A stretch of 64,000 nucleotides of DNA, from NCBI GenBank assembly GCA_028702495.1, contig JAQVOS010000001.1, positions 10,383 to 74,382 on the forward strand. Reading direction: 5' to 3'. The first letter of the stretch is position 1; each line of letters opens with the position of its first letter. The stretch comes from Bacilli bacterium (GTDB taxonomy: Bacteria; Bacillota_I; Bacilli_A; ML615J-28; CAG-698). Made by a program: the position numbers and the translations under genes. Under the pieces are notes generated by a model that was given only the letters and a program-made list of their open reading frames with translations, was not told where the DNA came from and made no database searches. Shown in pieces: positions 9,724 to 20,696 of the stretch.

Positions 9724-10782
9724 TTATGAGTTAAGCAATATCTTTCTTACATAGTGTGAACTCATGCATTGTAATAGGCTTGCATAATCTAAAGAAAACG
9801 AAACAATGTCTCCGAGATGATATGTGTTGTCTTCTAATTGAATGATGAGATAATCACTATTTGACTCGAGCGATTTGATTGTCGAATCATGAGGTGTTAA
9901 ATGATTGTGATCAACATCTTGCTTTCCAATCGCAAGAATTGCACGATTCATTTCCCCACTGTTGCGAAGGATTGGCGTTTCGCCAAATGCATTTATCGAG
10001 AGGGTCCCAATCGGATGGGATGGTTTTCTTTGTATCTCCACAATCTCTGCTTCTAGTGTAAAAGCATCCTGAAACATGCCTGGAATCAAGTTACCAAAAG
10101 CTGTTTCTCGTCCCAAAAAAATCGCTTCACCAATGCGAAGATTATTAATTTGGCTAGGTAGATTATCAAGCATATAAAGGGTGGATGAATTCCCTCCTGA
10201 CACAAGATCAAGATGAATTTCAAATGCATTTTCAATTTTGTTTTTGATATCAACTAGGATTCCCATGTTCACTTGATCGGGAATAACTCCCTCTAGGCAA
10301 GTTAAATTTGTTCCGATTCCTTTTAAATGGATATTAGGGAGATGAAGAATGGCCTTAATAAGCGGCATATAATCTTCTTTATAAAACACGCCTTCACGTA
10401 AATCGCCCAAGTCAAACATGAGGATAACGTCATAATTTTTCTCTTGGCGGAATGCTTCTTGCGAAAGGGCTTCGATTGTCTTTATTTCCGATACCAAAGC
10501 AAGTGAAGAATACTTTATAACATCTTTGATTTCACTCAACATCGGAATTCTTGTGAGAGCTTTTGGTATCGAAAATTCTTGAAATTTTTTTAAATTGTCC
10601 ATCCGGGAATCAGCTAAATAGGTAAAACCTAGTGGGGCTAAAGCCCCTAGAACTTCTTTATATCCTGCTAACACTTTTCCCACCAAAAAGATTGAAGATA
10701 CGCCGTGACGTTTACACAATGATAAAATTGTTTGTGCGTTTGATATCAATTTAGGTAAAGATATCATGATTCGTGGAAACAT
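9724..10782 (-). CDS. orr: Ornithine racemase (PLP-dependent, alanine-racemase fold)
   Basis: Start ATG (MFPRIMISLPKL…) with GGGAGGA RBS embedded in the 3' end of the upstream gene; alanine-racemase-like size (352 aa); last gene of the ornithine cluster as in Clostridium sticklandii. Confidence 0.65.
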   Translation of the reverse strand: MFPRIMISLPKLISNAQTILSLCKRHGVSSIFLVGKVLAGYKEVLGALAPLGFTYLADSRMDNLKKFQEFSIPKALTRIPMLSEIKDVIKYSSLALVSEIKTIEALSQEAFRQEKNYDVILMFDLGDLREGVFYKEDYMPLIKAILHLPNIHLKGIGTNLTCLEGVIPDQVNMGILVDIKNKIENAFEIHLDLVSGGNSSTLYMLDNLPSQINNLRIGEAIFLGRETAFGNLIPGMFQDAFTLEAEIVEIQRKPSHPIGTLSINAFGETPILRNSGEMNRAILAIGKQDVDHNHLTPHDSTIKSLESNSDYLIIQLEDNTYHLGDIVSFSLDYASLLQCMSSHYVRKILLNS

Positions 10783-10784
10783 TC

Positions 10785-12146
10785 CTATTCCTCCCATCCA
10801 ATACTCTTTAACATCAAGATAAGACTTGCTTTGGGATTGACTTTCGCAAGCACACCGCATGAAGCCAAAATATAGTCTTGATCAATCCAAATGGTGGTTC
10901 CTTCTTCTGGTTTTAGGCTGCTCCCATCTTTTTGCATTAAATAGTTTTTAATAAGACTCATCCGATTAGGAAGTTGTGTGAGAGCCCCTCCTGTTGCAAC
11001 AAAGTTTTTAATTCTACGTAAATCTTTGCCTTCGATGAGATTGGAGTAATGCTTTCCTTGATAAGAGTAACGCATAAATCCTGCATGACGACGAATCCCT
11101 ACCTTTAGAGCCTCGTAAGTAAGACGCTCCGTCAAAGCAATTTGATTTTGATCGGGAATCGGCAAATAGTTTTCTAATAAACTATTTAATTCTTTTTGAT
11201 CGATATGAAGTGCTCGACAAAGGACATCTTCTCCAATGAGTTTTACCAAATGATATCGATTAATATATACTCCCAAATCCCCTTCAACCGTTCTTTTCGC
11301 AAAGGGTTCTGGTGTAATTGAAACATTGGTATCGGTATTTTTGGCTTCACCAATCGAAACGACATCTGTAGTAGCTCCTCCGATATCACAACAAATAATT
11401 TCTCCAATTTGATCGTGTAATAAGCGACAAGCTTCATACACAGCTCCTGGTGTCGGAATAATGATTCCATCTACCATTTGTCGGATGTGACTCATTCCTT
11501 TTGCTTCGGTAATATGTTCCTCAAAAATTCGATGAATGATTTGACGAACACCTTCAATATTAATTTCATCAATTTTAGGATATACATTCTCCCCAATCAA
11601 TAAATGGGATTCTTCTCCTGCCAATCGAAATGCTTCCCGAACGGCGATATGATTTACACAATTTCCCGCATAGAGAACAGGTATTCCTAATTTTAAATTT
11701 GCGATGCGTTTTGCGTTTTCTAAGGCTGTCTCATTTTCACCATAATCAACTCCACCCGCAATCATAATGATGTTTAATTGGAGCTTTTTGATTTCTTCGA
11801 GCTCCGAATCGTTCAATATCCCTGAGGTGACCATTTTAACATTTGCCCCAGCTCCTAAAGCAGCTTCCTTCGCAGCTTTGACGGTCATGTCATAGACAAG
11901 ACCATGAACACTCATTTTAAGTCCTCCAGCAGCAGAGGAAGAAGCTAGAACAAGACGTGCTTCTATTTTGTTTTTAGTTTTAATTTCATAATCTAGAATC
12001 GCATTTTGAAGCCCAATCCGAACATCTTCGATGGTTGTTGGGGCTATACCCTGACCTAAAAAAATTGGATTATGATCAAGATGATCAAAAACATTAACGG
12101 TTGTTGTCGTACTTCCAATTTCTGCAATCAAACAATCGACTTTCAT
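10785..12146 (-). CDS. MutL/GlmL-like protein (glutamate-mutase accessory/reactivase-like; actin/hexokinase-fold ATPase) of the ornithine aminomutase cluster
   Basis: 453 aa, ATGA overlap with oraE; position between oraE and orr matches the C. sticklandii cluster. Confidence 0.55.
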   Translation of the reverse strand: MKVDCLIAEIGSTTTTVNVFDHLDHNPIFLGQGIAPTTIEDVRIGLQNAILDYEIKTKNKIEARLVLASSSAAGGLKMSVHGLVYDMTVKAAKEAALGAGANVKMVTSGILNDSELEEIKKLQLNIIMIAGGVDYGENETALENAKRIANLKLGIPVLYAGNCVNHIAVREAFRLAGEESHLLIGENVYPKIDEINIEGVRQIIHRIFEEHITEAKGMSHIRQMVDGIIIPTPGAVYEACRLLHDQIGEIICCDIGGATTDVVSIGEAKNTDTNVSITPEPFAKRTVEGDLGVYINRYHLVKLIGEDVLCRALHIDQKELNSLLENYLPIPDQNQIALTERLTYEALKVGIRRHAGFMRYSYQGKHYSNLIEGKDLRRIKNFVATGGALTQLPNRMSLIKNYLMQKDGSSLKPEEGTTIWIDQDYILASCGVLAKVNPKASLILMLKSIGWEE

Positions 12147-14326
12147 AAAACTTCTTCCATTTTTTTCATTAAGAAAGTCGCAACATGGGCTCCTTTGGTT
12201 CCACGACCAAAACCAGCGTCGACTCCTTGCTTAATGGCAAGGTCATGAGTCACTTGGGTTCCACCCACAACGAAAATCAAACTTTTACGAACCCCTCGTT
12301 CAATGGCATACTCATGTAGTTTCTTCATATTCAAGTAGTGAACATCATTATGCGAAATAATGGTTGACATGAGAATGGCTTGAGATTTGGTTTCAATGGC
12401 AGCATCAATGAATTTTTGAATGGGAACAGATGTTCCAAGATATTCTACTTCAATTCCATATTTTTCGATACCACCATGTTTGATATCGATGATTTCTCTT
12501 AAGCCAACAGAATGCTCATCTTCTCCTGCGGTACCAGCAACAATCTTACAATGGTGTGTTTTAAAAAAACTTGTTAACTCTTCATCACTTGCAACATAGG
12601 GTTCTTCACGAAGCGTGAGGGTTGATGTATCTATACTAAAACTCACACGTCCTTTGATTTGAATCCGCGTTCCTTCGGATGGATGAAGGATTTCTTTATG
12701 AATAATTTCAACATCAAGCAAGTTCATTTTCTTTCCAATTTCAAGACTTGCTGCTTCTGCTAGTCTTAAACTGGTTGGAAGTGTGATATCAACGACCACA
12801 ATTCCATCGCCACACCACTGGACTTCTGGTATAATCTCGGAAGTGTTGCGATAGGGAGCCACTTCTTCAAGCCGATGATGAACATTATCCTCATCGAGTT
12901 CATCGATGAATATAATCTTATTGGGGTCTTCAAAAGTAGAACCCCCAATTAAATCCGAAGGATTCTTGACGCCATATAGTTCATAATGATTGACCCCAAA
13001 ATGAGCGGTAACAGGGGCTAAATAATCTGGATCACGTTTATAAATGGTATTTGCACCCACGCCGCTCTGTTCACGTCTTACGATGCCATCCCCATTTCTT
13101 TCAGGATAAAATCCTGAATCCACGAAGAACCCTGCTTCAACAGCCGCAAAGTATCCACCCGCTTCAAGAAGTTCTTCTAAAAAGAGAACCGCTCTTTCTT
13201 TTAATTCGCGAACACGAATCTTCATGATGCCTTCATGACGAACTTCAACCAACTCCTTTAATCCATCAAGACCTGCAAATGCTTGTTTTGCGGTATCACA
13301 TGCTTCAATATTGTACATATGCCATGGAACATTTCGTCCCTCATCAGGCGTTATCGTCGATTGAATATCTGCAGATGTTAGGGTAGAAATAAGAAGATTC
13401 ATGACATGGGTCACGGTTGCTTCACGAGTTGAAGACTCCATGTATTTTGTATTCATTTGAGCACGAATTTTAAATGCATCAAAAAACTCTCTTAATGCCA
13501 CCGCATAAGGTAAGTTAATTCGTAAATCAGGTGCAGGAGGTGCAATCGGTGGCACTGAAGACAGGGCTATTAAATCAGATTTCATGCCAACTTTTAATGA
13601 GAATGCGCAATTTATCGCATGCTGAACGAGAAGTTCAGGCATGACTTTCCATGCAATCTTGGCGGTAGCATTCGCATTATGGGCTCCATCAATCTGAAGC
13701 ATATTTGCCCACGCCATAATGTGTTTTGACTCTGCAGCATCAACAAATGAACGAACCATATTAATATTTCGATATAAGACATTATATTGAGGGTCCTGGT
13801 GAGCTCCATTAACGCCTTCTTCAGCAAACATGACAGCAATCTCAGGACCTGCAACACCCGATACATAGGAGTGATAATTGATCGGACGACCCACTTCATC
13901 TTCAATCAAATCGAGTGCTTTTCTCTGCGCTCGGACTTGTTTTCTTGTAATGGGAATACCTCCAACTCCTTGCGGTGTTCCTTCAATGAGTCCGTCAAAA
14001 TGAGATTGGCCTGCGGTACGAATGACCATCATATGATCGGCTCCATGCCACGCTGCCATCCTCATGCGTCGAATATCATCTTCGAAACGTCCTGAAGCAA
14101 TTTCGGTTGTAATGGTTTGAATGGGCTGAGGATCAATGGACCCTACATATTTGGCTGCAGGAAGAGGGATACTTTCCTTTAAATTTTTTGAAGTGTTGTA
14201 ATAAATATAATCATTTAATTTTTGATGTTTGACCGCTTCACGCCATACCCACCCTCTTCTTCGGGGGCGATAGTTCTCAAGATTGGCGAGAATCTTTTCA
14301 ATATTAATGGGGGTATCTTTATTCAT
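12143..14326 (-). CDS. oraE: D-ornithine 4,5-aminomutase subunit E (PLP- and adenosylcobalamin-binding)
   Basis: 727 aa from ATG at 14326 (GGAGGT RBS); C-terminal Rossmann-type B12-binding domain (…LIFVVGGTQVTHD…); upstream small oraS. Confidence 0.75.
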   Translation of the reverse strand: MNKDTPINIEKILANLENYRPRRRGWVWREAVKHQKLNDYIYYNTSKNLKESIPLPAAKYVGSIDPQPIQTITTEIASGRFEDDIRRMRMAAWHGADHMMVIRTAGQSHFDGLIEGTPQGVGGIPITRKQVRAQRKALDLIEDEVGRPINYHSYVSGVAGPEIAVMFAEEGVNGAHQDPQYNVLYRNINMVRSFVDAAESKHIMAWANMLQIDGAHNANATAKIAWKVMPELLVQHAINCAFSLKVGMKSDLIALSSVPPIAPPAPDLRINLPYAVALREFFDAFKIRAQMNTKYMESSTREATVTHVMNLLISTLTSADIQSTITPDEGRNVPWHMYNIEACDTAKQAFAGLDGLKELVEVRHEGIMKIRVRELKERAVLFLEELLEAGGYFAAVEAGFFVDSGFYPERNGDGIVRREQSGVGANTIYKRDPDYLAPVTAHFGVNHYELYGVKNPSDLIGGSTFEDPNKIIFIDELDEDNVHHRLEEVAPYRNTSEIIPEVQWCGDGIVVVDITLPTSLRLAEAASLEIGKKMNLLDVEIIHKEILHPSEGTRIQIKGRVSFSIDTSTLTLREEPYVASDEELTSFFKTHHCKIVAGTAGEDEHSVGLREIIDIKHGGIEKYGIEVEYLGTSVPIQKFIDAAIETKSQAILMSTIISHNDVHYLNMKKLHEYAIERGVRKSLIFVVGGTQVTHDLAIKQGVDAGFGRGTKGAHVATFLMKKMEEVL

Positions 14327-14693
14327 GATGACCTCCAAAACTTTTGATAACTTTATCCCAACCTTCTCCATTGATAAGAGCAAGCCCCGCTTCGCGAATC
14401 GGTAGGGAGGCTAGTTGATGATATCGAAAAACAACATGACCGGCTCCCTTTCCCATCAGTTCATGAGCCATCACTTTTTCAACGAGGGCTTTGGCCTCAA
14501 GGGAGGAGAATCCCATTCGTAGTAAAACACTGCGTTCGAGAGAAGGACTGGTATGTGTTTTTGCAAGATCAACTAAGGGTTCTACTGCTTGATTGGCTAA
14601 GCACCAAAAAGTGGCCTTTAATTCTTCATCGGATAAAGAGGCCAGATGTTTACGTCTTGCCTCAAAATCATCGCTTCTAGCTATTATTTTCAT
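14319..14693 (-). CDS. oraS: D-ornithine 4,5-aminomutase subunit S
   Basis: 124-aa protein; ATG at 14693 overlaps ortB stop (ATGA); size/position as OraS. Confidence 0.65.
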   Translation of the reverse strand: MKIIARSDDFEARRKHLASLSDEELKATFWCLANQAVEPLVDLAKTHTSPSLERSVLLRMGFSSLEAKALVEKVMAHELMGKGAGHVVFRYHQLASLPIREAGLALINGEGWDKVIKSFGGHHE

Positions 14694-16099
14694 ACCTTCC
14701 ACCTCAATTCTTTTTCTTGTAATAGCGAGAAGAGTTCTACTTCGCTTACTTTTAATTCTTCTTGTAAATACACTAAATCATCGCTTGTTAAAACAATCTC
14801 TTTTGTCACATTCGCTCCTAAATATGAGAGTCGTACACGATGTAAATCTACATCTTGAACATGAATAAGACTTGGATGTTCTGGAAGAATGATAGACTGT
14901 CCTGGAACTTCTGTTCTAGGATTTCCAAATTCAAGTTTAATTCCTTGTTTTCTAGCGAATGATAACTGGGCTTGATGATGTTTTCCTGCACCCGTATATT
15001 CGGTTTCTTGAACGACGATTACTTGATCTTGACGCAGTTCTTGAGCCAAAGAGAAAGCACAAGCGAGTGAGACATTCCCTGCAGGACCTCGTTCAATCCC
15101 TTCTAAAAGGGCCAAGGTTTCTGTCATAAAGAACACTTCTCCTTGAGTCATCGTAACATAACGATCAATATAACGTAGGGGACGTGCAGCAGAACGTGGC
15201 ACATCACTTCGATCAGGTTGCATCATAAAAGGAAGACCAAAACCCGTGTGGCCTGTTGTAAAGGATTTTCGATTAAAATCATAGTCGCTTGCCATATGTA
15301 AGCCAACAAGATTGACACTAGCACCCACAATCTCGACAGGGTCTGTCGTTGCTCGTTTGATTCCACGTGCGGTTCCGGTTAGGTTTCCCCCTCCAGCATT
15401 GGTACATACAACCATATCGGGTGAACGCCCGATTTGCTTCATACAATCTTCGATAACTTCTATTCCTAAAGTTTCAATTCCTAGGATTCCATAGGGGGTG
15501 TATAAAGAAGCATTAAAATAACCAGTCTCTTCTAATAATTGTAAGAATACATAAAAAAGTTCGGGACCAACCGATAGCTGAACGACCTCAGCTCCATACG
15601 CTTCACATGCTCGTGCTTTTTCTATAATTTCTGGTTGACCAATGCCGCGAGAATCATAGCACTCCTGAACAATGATGCAGGGAAGATTTAGTTTAGCAGC
15701 TTGCGAAGCCACTGCTGCTCCATAGTTTCCACTTGTAGCAGCAATCACACCAGGATAACCAAGCCGTTTTGCATGGTAACAGGAGATGGCAGCACGTCTG
15801 GCTTTAAAACTTCCCGAGTCATTGAGGGCTTCATCTTTGATAAAGATTCTAGCACCTTTCCCAGGTTGACTACAACGTCTTGCTAAAGCGGTGATATTTT
15901 TTAGTTCTTTTAGGGGAGTTTTTCCAACTCCATGCTCTAATTGAATTTTTTTCACCATGTTAATCGGATATCCATGGTCCTTCATTAAGGATTCGTATTG
16001 AAATCCAATTTGAGATCTTTCATACTGAGAATAATCAATCCCAATAGCTTTTTTCATAATCTCGTTCTTACGAGCCATGACACGATCGTATTTATTCAT
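14690..16099 (-). CDS. ortB: 2-amino-4-ketopentanoate thiolase beta subunit (PLP-dependent, Trp-synthase-beta fold)
   Basis: 469 aa with PLP-fold motifs; follows ortA. Confidence 0.7.
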   Translation of the reverse strand: MNKYDRVMARKNEIMKKAIGIDYSQYERSQIGFQYESLMKDHGYPINMVKKIQLEHGVGKTPLKELKNITALARRCSQPGKGARIFIKDEALNDSGSFKARRAAISCYHAKRLGYPGVIAATSGNYGAAVASQAAKLNLPCIIVQECYDSRGIGQPEIIEKARACEAYGAEVVQLSVGPELFYVFLQLLEETGYFNASLYTPYGILGIETLGIEVIEDCMKQIGRSPDMVVCTNAGGGNLTGTARGIKRATTDPVEIVGASVNLVGLHMASDYDFNRKSFTTGHTGFGLPFMMQPDRSDVPRSAARPLRYIDRYVTMTQGEVFFMTETLALLEGIERGPAGNVSLACAFSLAQELRQDQVIVVQETEYTGAGKHHQAQLSFARKQGIKLEFGNPRTEVPGQSIILPEHPSLIHVQDVDLHRVRLSYLGANVTKEIVLTSDDLVYLQEELKVSEVELFSLLQEKELRWKV

Positions 16100-16379
16100 G
16101 AGAAGACCTCACAAGCGTTTCAATGCGTAAAAGTTCAGGAACAAATTCACCATAACTATGACGATATGTTGGATTGACTTCAATCAATTTACCTTCTTCT
16201 AAACGATGCGTTTTGGTTTTGATATGAACCCAATCAAACATCTCTGCATCTTCTAAAAGGGTTCCTTTGACCCACATTTTAAGAGGAGTCTTTTTCGTAT
16301 CTTCGGGTATATGAGAACTTCGCTCTTGAGGCTCTAAAACAATGCGCTCAATGAGAACCCAACTTCCTTTTTGAATCAT
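16092..16379 (-). CDS. ortA: 2-amino-4-ketopentanoate thiolase alpha subunit
   Basis: 95 aa from ATG at 16379 (MIQKGSW…), ATGA overlap with ord stop, GAGGAAAAG RBS. Confidence 0.6.
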   Translation of the reverse strand: MIQKGSWVLIERIVLEPQERSSHIPEDTKKTPLKMWVKGTLLEDAEMFDWVHIKTKTHRLEEGKLIEVNPTYRHSYGEFVPELLRIETLVRSSHE

Positions 16380-17419
16380 ATCTTTTCCTCCACAAGAGCT
16401 CGTACATCCCCACAAATGGCGCGAGGAACGGGAAGATCTAGCATCGTTTTTAAGCCTGGAGTCGCATTCAGGAGGAGAGGAATCATATTAACACAAATGG
16501 CAATCGTTCCCATGCCACCTTCCACTTCAGGACTAATCGACATTTTAATATTGGGACTCCCTGCTAGGGTGATATAGTCTCCGGTTGTGATACCTCCAAG
16601 ATGAGGTTCAATTTGTTGGGGGTGATGTAAATGAAAGAATGTTTTACCATCTTTCACCCCTTCAGCTTCCATATCAATTCCGCATACATGTCCTGCTTTC
16701 GCAAACCCATGTGGGGAGGTTCGATCCACATCGGTGATAATGGGTTTCATGGTTTGACTAACGACTACATCCTTTAATCCAAGACCCTCACTCATCATCG
16801 AAATCGACTCCCAAAAACCAATGTGACCAGAAATCTGTGTGCATTTGGCATCATATTCTTCGATTGACAAGCCTACTCCTTGTTCTTCCATCACCGCCTT
16901 GCCAAAAGGGGATAAAGAGTTCACACGGGATACCTCAATATTTTTCACATCACTCATGACTCCTGTTAAAAACAACACGAGTAAATCCATCATCATTCCC
17001 GGATTGACCCCTGTTCCGAGAATCCGAACATGATAAGCTTTTGCAAGTTCATCCATTTTTTTAGATAGCTCAGGGTTTGCTGCATAAGGATAAGCCATTT
17101 GTTCAGCCGTTGATATGACATTAATTCCATGTTTTACAAGCCACTCAATTTTAGGGTAAGCTTTCTCAGTAAAAGAATCTGTTGCAAGTAAACAAATATC
17201 AGCCCTTTCCCAATGGGGAATATCAGTCACTGAAGATGCAATCCGTGCATCCTCAGCATAATCACTTATTAATTCCTTGATGGATTTTCCAATGAGAGCA
17301 GGATTCATATCCACTGCTCCAAGAATTTGAAAACCCTGCTTATGGGCAATCATCTGGGCCATTCCTTTACCCATAGCTCCAAAGCCCCAAATCATCACTT
17401 TAATCTTTTCTTGTCTCAT
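16376..17419 (-). CDS. ord: 2,4-diaminopentanoate dehydrogenase (DapB-like NAD(P) oxidoreductase)
   Basis: N-terminal Rossmann motif IWGFGAMGKG; 347 aa; context between arcC and ortA. Confidence 0.7.
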   Translation of the reverse strand: MRQEKIKVMIWGFGAMGKGMAQMIAHKQGFQILGAVDMNPALIGKSIKELISDYAEDARIASSVTDIPHWERADICLLATDSFTEKAYPKIEWLVKHGINVISTAEQMAYPYAANPELSKKMDELAKAYHVRILGTGVNPGMMMDLLVLFLTGVMSDVKNIEVSRVNSLSPFGKAVMEEQGVGLSIEEYDAKCTQISGHIGFWESISMMSEGLGLKDVVVSQTMKPIITDVDRTSPHGFAKAGHVCGIDMEAEGVKDGKTFFHLHHPQQIEPHLGGITTGDYITLAGSPNIKMSISPEVEGGMGTIAICVNMIPLLLNATPGLKTMLDLPVPRAICGDVRALVEEKI

Positions 17420-18348
17420 ATATCCTCCTCAGTAATTATCGTTCCACATCTTCCTTTTAAAGCCTCGTTAGCTTCTTCAAGGGAAGTAATAATAGCCATG
17501 CGATGGGAATTTCCACGAACAAATTCAACGCTTGCTTCTACCTTAGGAAGCATACTTCCCTTCGCAAAATGTCCTTCTTCGATATAGCGAAGCGCCTCAC
17601 TCACTGATAAATGGCGAAGCGCACATTCCTTAGGTGTTCTATAATGAAGGACCACATAAGGAACGGTTGTTAAAATGAGTAAAATGTCAGCATCAATTCT
17701 GCGTGCTAAAAAACTGCTCACATAATCCTTATCAATGACAGCATCGACCCCAACCCATTCATTGCTTTTCAAGACAACAGGAATGCCTCCACCCCCACAA
17801 CAAATAAGGGTGACCTTTTCTTTTAACAATGCTGTAATCACGTCTTCTTCAAGAATCCCAATCGGAAGCGGTGAAGGGACAACTCTTCGATATCCGCGCT
17901 TTGCATCTTCAATAAATGTATAACCTCGCGCGCGTTCTAAATTACGCGCTTCTTCTTCGGTATAAAAACCACCAATGGGCTTTGTTGGAGTGAGAAAATG
18001 AGGGTCGTTTTCATCAACTTCCACTTGAGTTAAGAGGGTTGCCACGGAATGCTCTTCTTTTAAACAATTTTTTAAAGCTTTTTGTAAATGATACCCAATA
18101 TACCCCTGACTCATTGCTCCACATTCAGGAAAAGGCATCGTGAATAGTTTATCATTCACACGACTAGACTCGGAAAAGGCAAGATGAATGGCACCCACTT
18201 GGGGACCATTTCCATGCGTGATCACGAGTTCATGACCCACAAGAATCATTTCTTTTAAAATCGCAACTGTTTTATAAACATTCTTACTTTGCTCCTCTGG
18301 GGTTTGCCCTAAAGCATTGCCCCCTAGGGCAACCACAATGCGACTCAT
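17416..18348 (-). CDS. arcC: Carbamate kinase
   Basis: N-terminal [10 protein letters not shown] motif of amino-acid-kinase family; 310 aa. Confidence 0.85.
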   Translation of the reverse strand: MSRIVVALGGNALGQTPEEQSKNVYKTVAILKEMILVGHELVITHGNGPQVGAIHLAFSESSRVNDKLFTMPFPECGAMSQGYIGYHLQKALKNCLKEEHSVATLLTQVEVDENDPHFLTPTKPIGGFYTEEEARNLERARGYTFIEDAKRGYRRVVPSPLPIGILEEDVITALLKEKVTLICCGGGGIPVVLKSNEWVGVDAVIDKDYVSSFLARRIDADILLILTTVPYVVLHYRTPKECALRHLSVSEALRYIEEGHFAKGSMLPKVEASVEFVRGNSHRMAIITSLEEANEALKGRCGTIITEEDI

Positions 18349-19346
18349 ACCTCACCACCAAGAGATGCTACCATCACCGCTTTAATTGTATGTAGACGAT
18401 TCTCAGCTTCATCAAATACCACAGATTGGCTAGATTCAAAGACTTCATCAGTCACTTCCAAACCAACGAGTCCATATTCTTCGAAAACTTCTTTGCCCAT
18501 CGTTGTTTCAAGATTGTGAAAACTAGGTAAACAATGTAAGAAAATCGCATTTTTATCAGCAAGTTGCATTACATCTTTCCTCACTTGATAGGGTTTAAGG
18601 AGAGCGATTCGCTCGCCCCATACGCTATGATCTTCGCCCATTGAAACCCAGACATCCGTGGTAATAACATCTACTCCTTTTACCCCTATAGCGATATCTT
18701 CTGTAAAGAGAAGATGAGCTCCCGTTTCATGTGCTATTTCTCTTGCCTTCTCGATGAGAGTTTCTTCTGGCCATAACACGCGAGGTGCAACAAGACGAAA
18801 ATCAAGTCCCATTTTAGCAGCTCCAATTAAGAGTGAGTTTCCCATGTTATAACGAGCATCGCCCAAGTAAGCCATTTTAATTCCTTTTAAGGCTCCTTTA
18901 TGTTCTAGGATGGTGAGGAAATCAGCGAGTATTTGGGTGGGATGATAACGATCAGTTAATCCATTCCATACCGGAACCCCTGAATACTTAGCCAATATTT
19001 CTACAGATTCTTGATGATATCCTCGAAATTCAATACCATCAAACATCCGACCTAAAACACGAGCAGTATCTTTGATGCTTTCTTTCTTTCCCATTTGAGA
19101 CCCACTAGGGCCCAGATAAGTCGCATGCATTCCTTGATCATACGCTGCCACTTCGAAAGCACAACGTGTTCTCGTCGAATCTTTCTCAAAAATAAGGGCA
19201 ATATTTTTCCCCACACAACGCTTCTTTTCAATCCCTTGTTGTTTTTCGAATTTCAGTTGTTGGGCTAGGTTTAGTAGATATAATATCTCTTCTGGTGCAT
19301 AATCAAGTAGTGTTAGTAAACTCCTGTTTTTTAGATTCATAGTCAT
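18345..19346 (-). CDS. arcB: Ornithine carbamoyltransferase (catabolic)
   Basis: STRTR carbamoyl-phosphate motif and HCLP ornithine-binding motif; 333 aa. Confidence 0.9.
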   Translation of the reverse strand: MTMNLKNRSLLTLLDYAPEEILYLLNLAQQLKFEKQQGIEKKRCVGKNIALIFEKDSTRTRCAFEVAAYDQGMHATYLGPSGSQMGKKESIKDTARVLGRMFDGIEFRGYHQESVEILAKYSGVPVWNGLTDRYHPTQILADFLTILEHKGALKGIKMAYLGDARYNMGNSLLIGAAKMGLDFRLVAPRVLWPEETLIEKAREIAHETGAHLLFTEDIAIGVKGVDVITTDVWVSMGEDHSVWGERIALLKPYQVRKDVMQLADKNAIFLHCLPSFHNLETTMGKEVFEEYGLVGLEVTDEVFESSQSVVFDEAENRLHTIKAVMVASLGGEV

Positions 19347-19355
19347 TTCCTCAAT

Positions 19356-20585
19356 CTATTCAATGTCATCACGGATAAAGGGCATACTCATACAACGAGG
19401 TCCACCTCTTCCGCGTGATAATTCACTCGATGGAATGGGATAAATCTTGATTCCATGTTCTTCAAGTAGATGGTTGGTGATGTGATTTCGCTCATACACA
19501 ATCACTTCTCCTGGAGCAATCGCCATCGTGTTAACTCCATCATTCCATTGCTCACGATCTGATGCAATGGCATCGCCACCCCCACAAGGGATAAGCGTCA
19601 CAGGTCGCTTTAAGTAATGCGATAAGATCGCGTCTAGCTTTTTCTCAATTGGTTTGACAAATAGTTTCAAATCCCGTTTTGGATCTTTCATTAATTCGAA
19701 AACGCGCATCGACTGATTGATATCACTATGGATGGTGAACTTGTCATAATCAACCTGGGTAAAAACTGTATCTAGGTGCATAAAAGCTCTTGTTTTAGGA
19801 ATGTCAAAGGCGAGTACTTTTTCAAAAGTTGTATTGTTGAAATAGAGAAGTTGTTTGGCAAGACGTTCAATTGAAGCAGGGTGTGTTCTTTGGGAGACTC
19901 CCACAGCTACAATTTTATCGTTTAGCACCATGATGTCTCCTCCTTCAATCGAAGTCGAAGCATCTCTTTTATAATAAATCGAAGGCATTGGATTTCCATA
20001 ATGAGGATGATACCTGAAAATATATTCTCCAAAAATACTCTCACGACTACGACTAGAGGCATACATTTTCCCGAGCATAACTCCTTTACCAATAATGGTA
20101 AAGGGATCTCTCGTAAAATATAGATTAGGCATAGGATCTGTGACAAATGGATAATCACGAATATAATCGGATAACGTTCTTTTAGTGAAATTGGGGATAT
20201 CCACTTTTCTAATTCCAGCCATCATTTTCGCAATCATATCACGGGTTGGAAGTGCCTCTAAATAAGTGCGCAAAATGGAACTCAATGTTTCACTGGTCAC
20301 ATTCGATTCTTTAATAAATTGATTAATAAAGGCTTCTTTCACATTCAGCCCTGAATCAAGGGTCTCTTCAATTAAATCCACCAAATATAGAACTTCAATT
20401 CCTTTGCTTTGGTAAAAGCAAGATAAGGCTTGATGTTCTTCTTTGGCTCGTTCTAACCATGGGATGTCATCGAACAATAATTGTTCTAACATCTTGGGCG
20501 TTAAATGTTCTAATTCTTGTCCTGGTTCATGCAATAGGACACATTTTAAGCGACCAATCTCCGAATTAATTCGTAAAGAATCCAT
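19356..20585 (-). CDS. arcA: Arginine deiminase
   Basis: 409 aa; C-terminal GGGPRCMSMP catalytic-Cys region typical of ADI. Confidence 0.85.
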   Translation of the reverse strand: MDSLRINSEIGRLKCVLLHEPGQELEHLTPKMLEQLLFDDIPWLERAKEEHQALSCFYQSKGIEVLYLVDLIEETLDSGLNVKEAFINQFIKESNVTSETLSSILRTYLEALPTRDMIAKMMAGIRKVDIPNFTKRTLSDYIRDYPFVTDPMPNLYFTRDPFTIIGKGVMLGKMYASSRSRESIFGEYIFRYHPHYGNPMPSIYYKRDASTSIEGGDIMVLNDKIVAVGVSQRTHPASIERLAKQLLYFNNTTFEKVLAFDIPKTRAFMHLDTVFTQVDYDKFTIHSDINQSMRVFELMKDPKRDLKLFVKPIEKKLDAILSHYLKRPVTLIPCGGGDAIASDREQWNDGVNTMAIAPGEVIVYERNHITNHLLEEHGIKIYPIPSSELSRGRGGPRCMSMPFIRDDIE

Positions 20586-20658
20586 AATTCCTCCTCATTA
20601 TGCTTTTATTATAACATAAAAACGTTTTCAATTAAAGGGGGAATCGTGAGTGACACCT

Positions 20659-20696
20659 AAAATAAAAGGGATAGAAAGTAAAATTACTTTCTATCC
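20659..20696 (-). terminator. Rho-independent terminator after crtO-like gene (GGATAGAAAGTA/TACTTTCTATCC stem, U-run on minus strand)
   Basis: 12-bp perfect stem, 4-nt loop, followed on the minus strand by TTTTATTTT. Confidence 0.65.

Noticed and set aside
10783-10860. N-terminal extension MRCACESQ… of orr
   Set aside because: It lies entirely inside the 3' end of the upstream gene; the internal ATG (MFPR…) has a strong RBS and gives a protein of the length expected for ornithine racemase
14327-14383. N-terminal 19-aa extension of oraE and 12-aa extension of ortA (16380-16415)
   Set aside because: Both extensions overlap upstream genes and lack an RBS; internal ATGs with GGAGG-type RBS and ATGA coupling are more plausible
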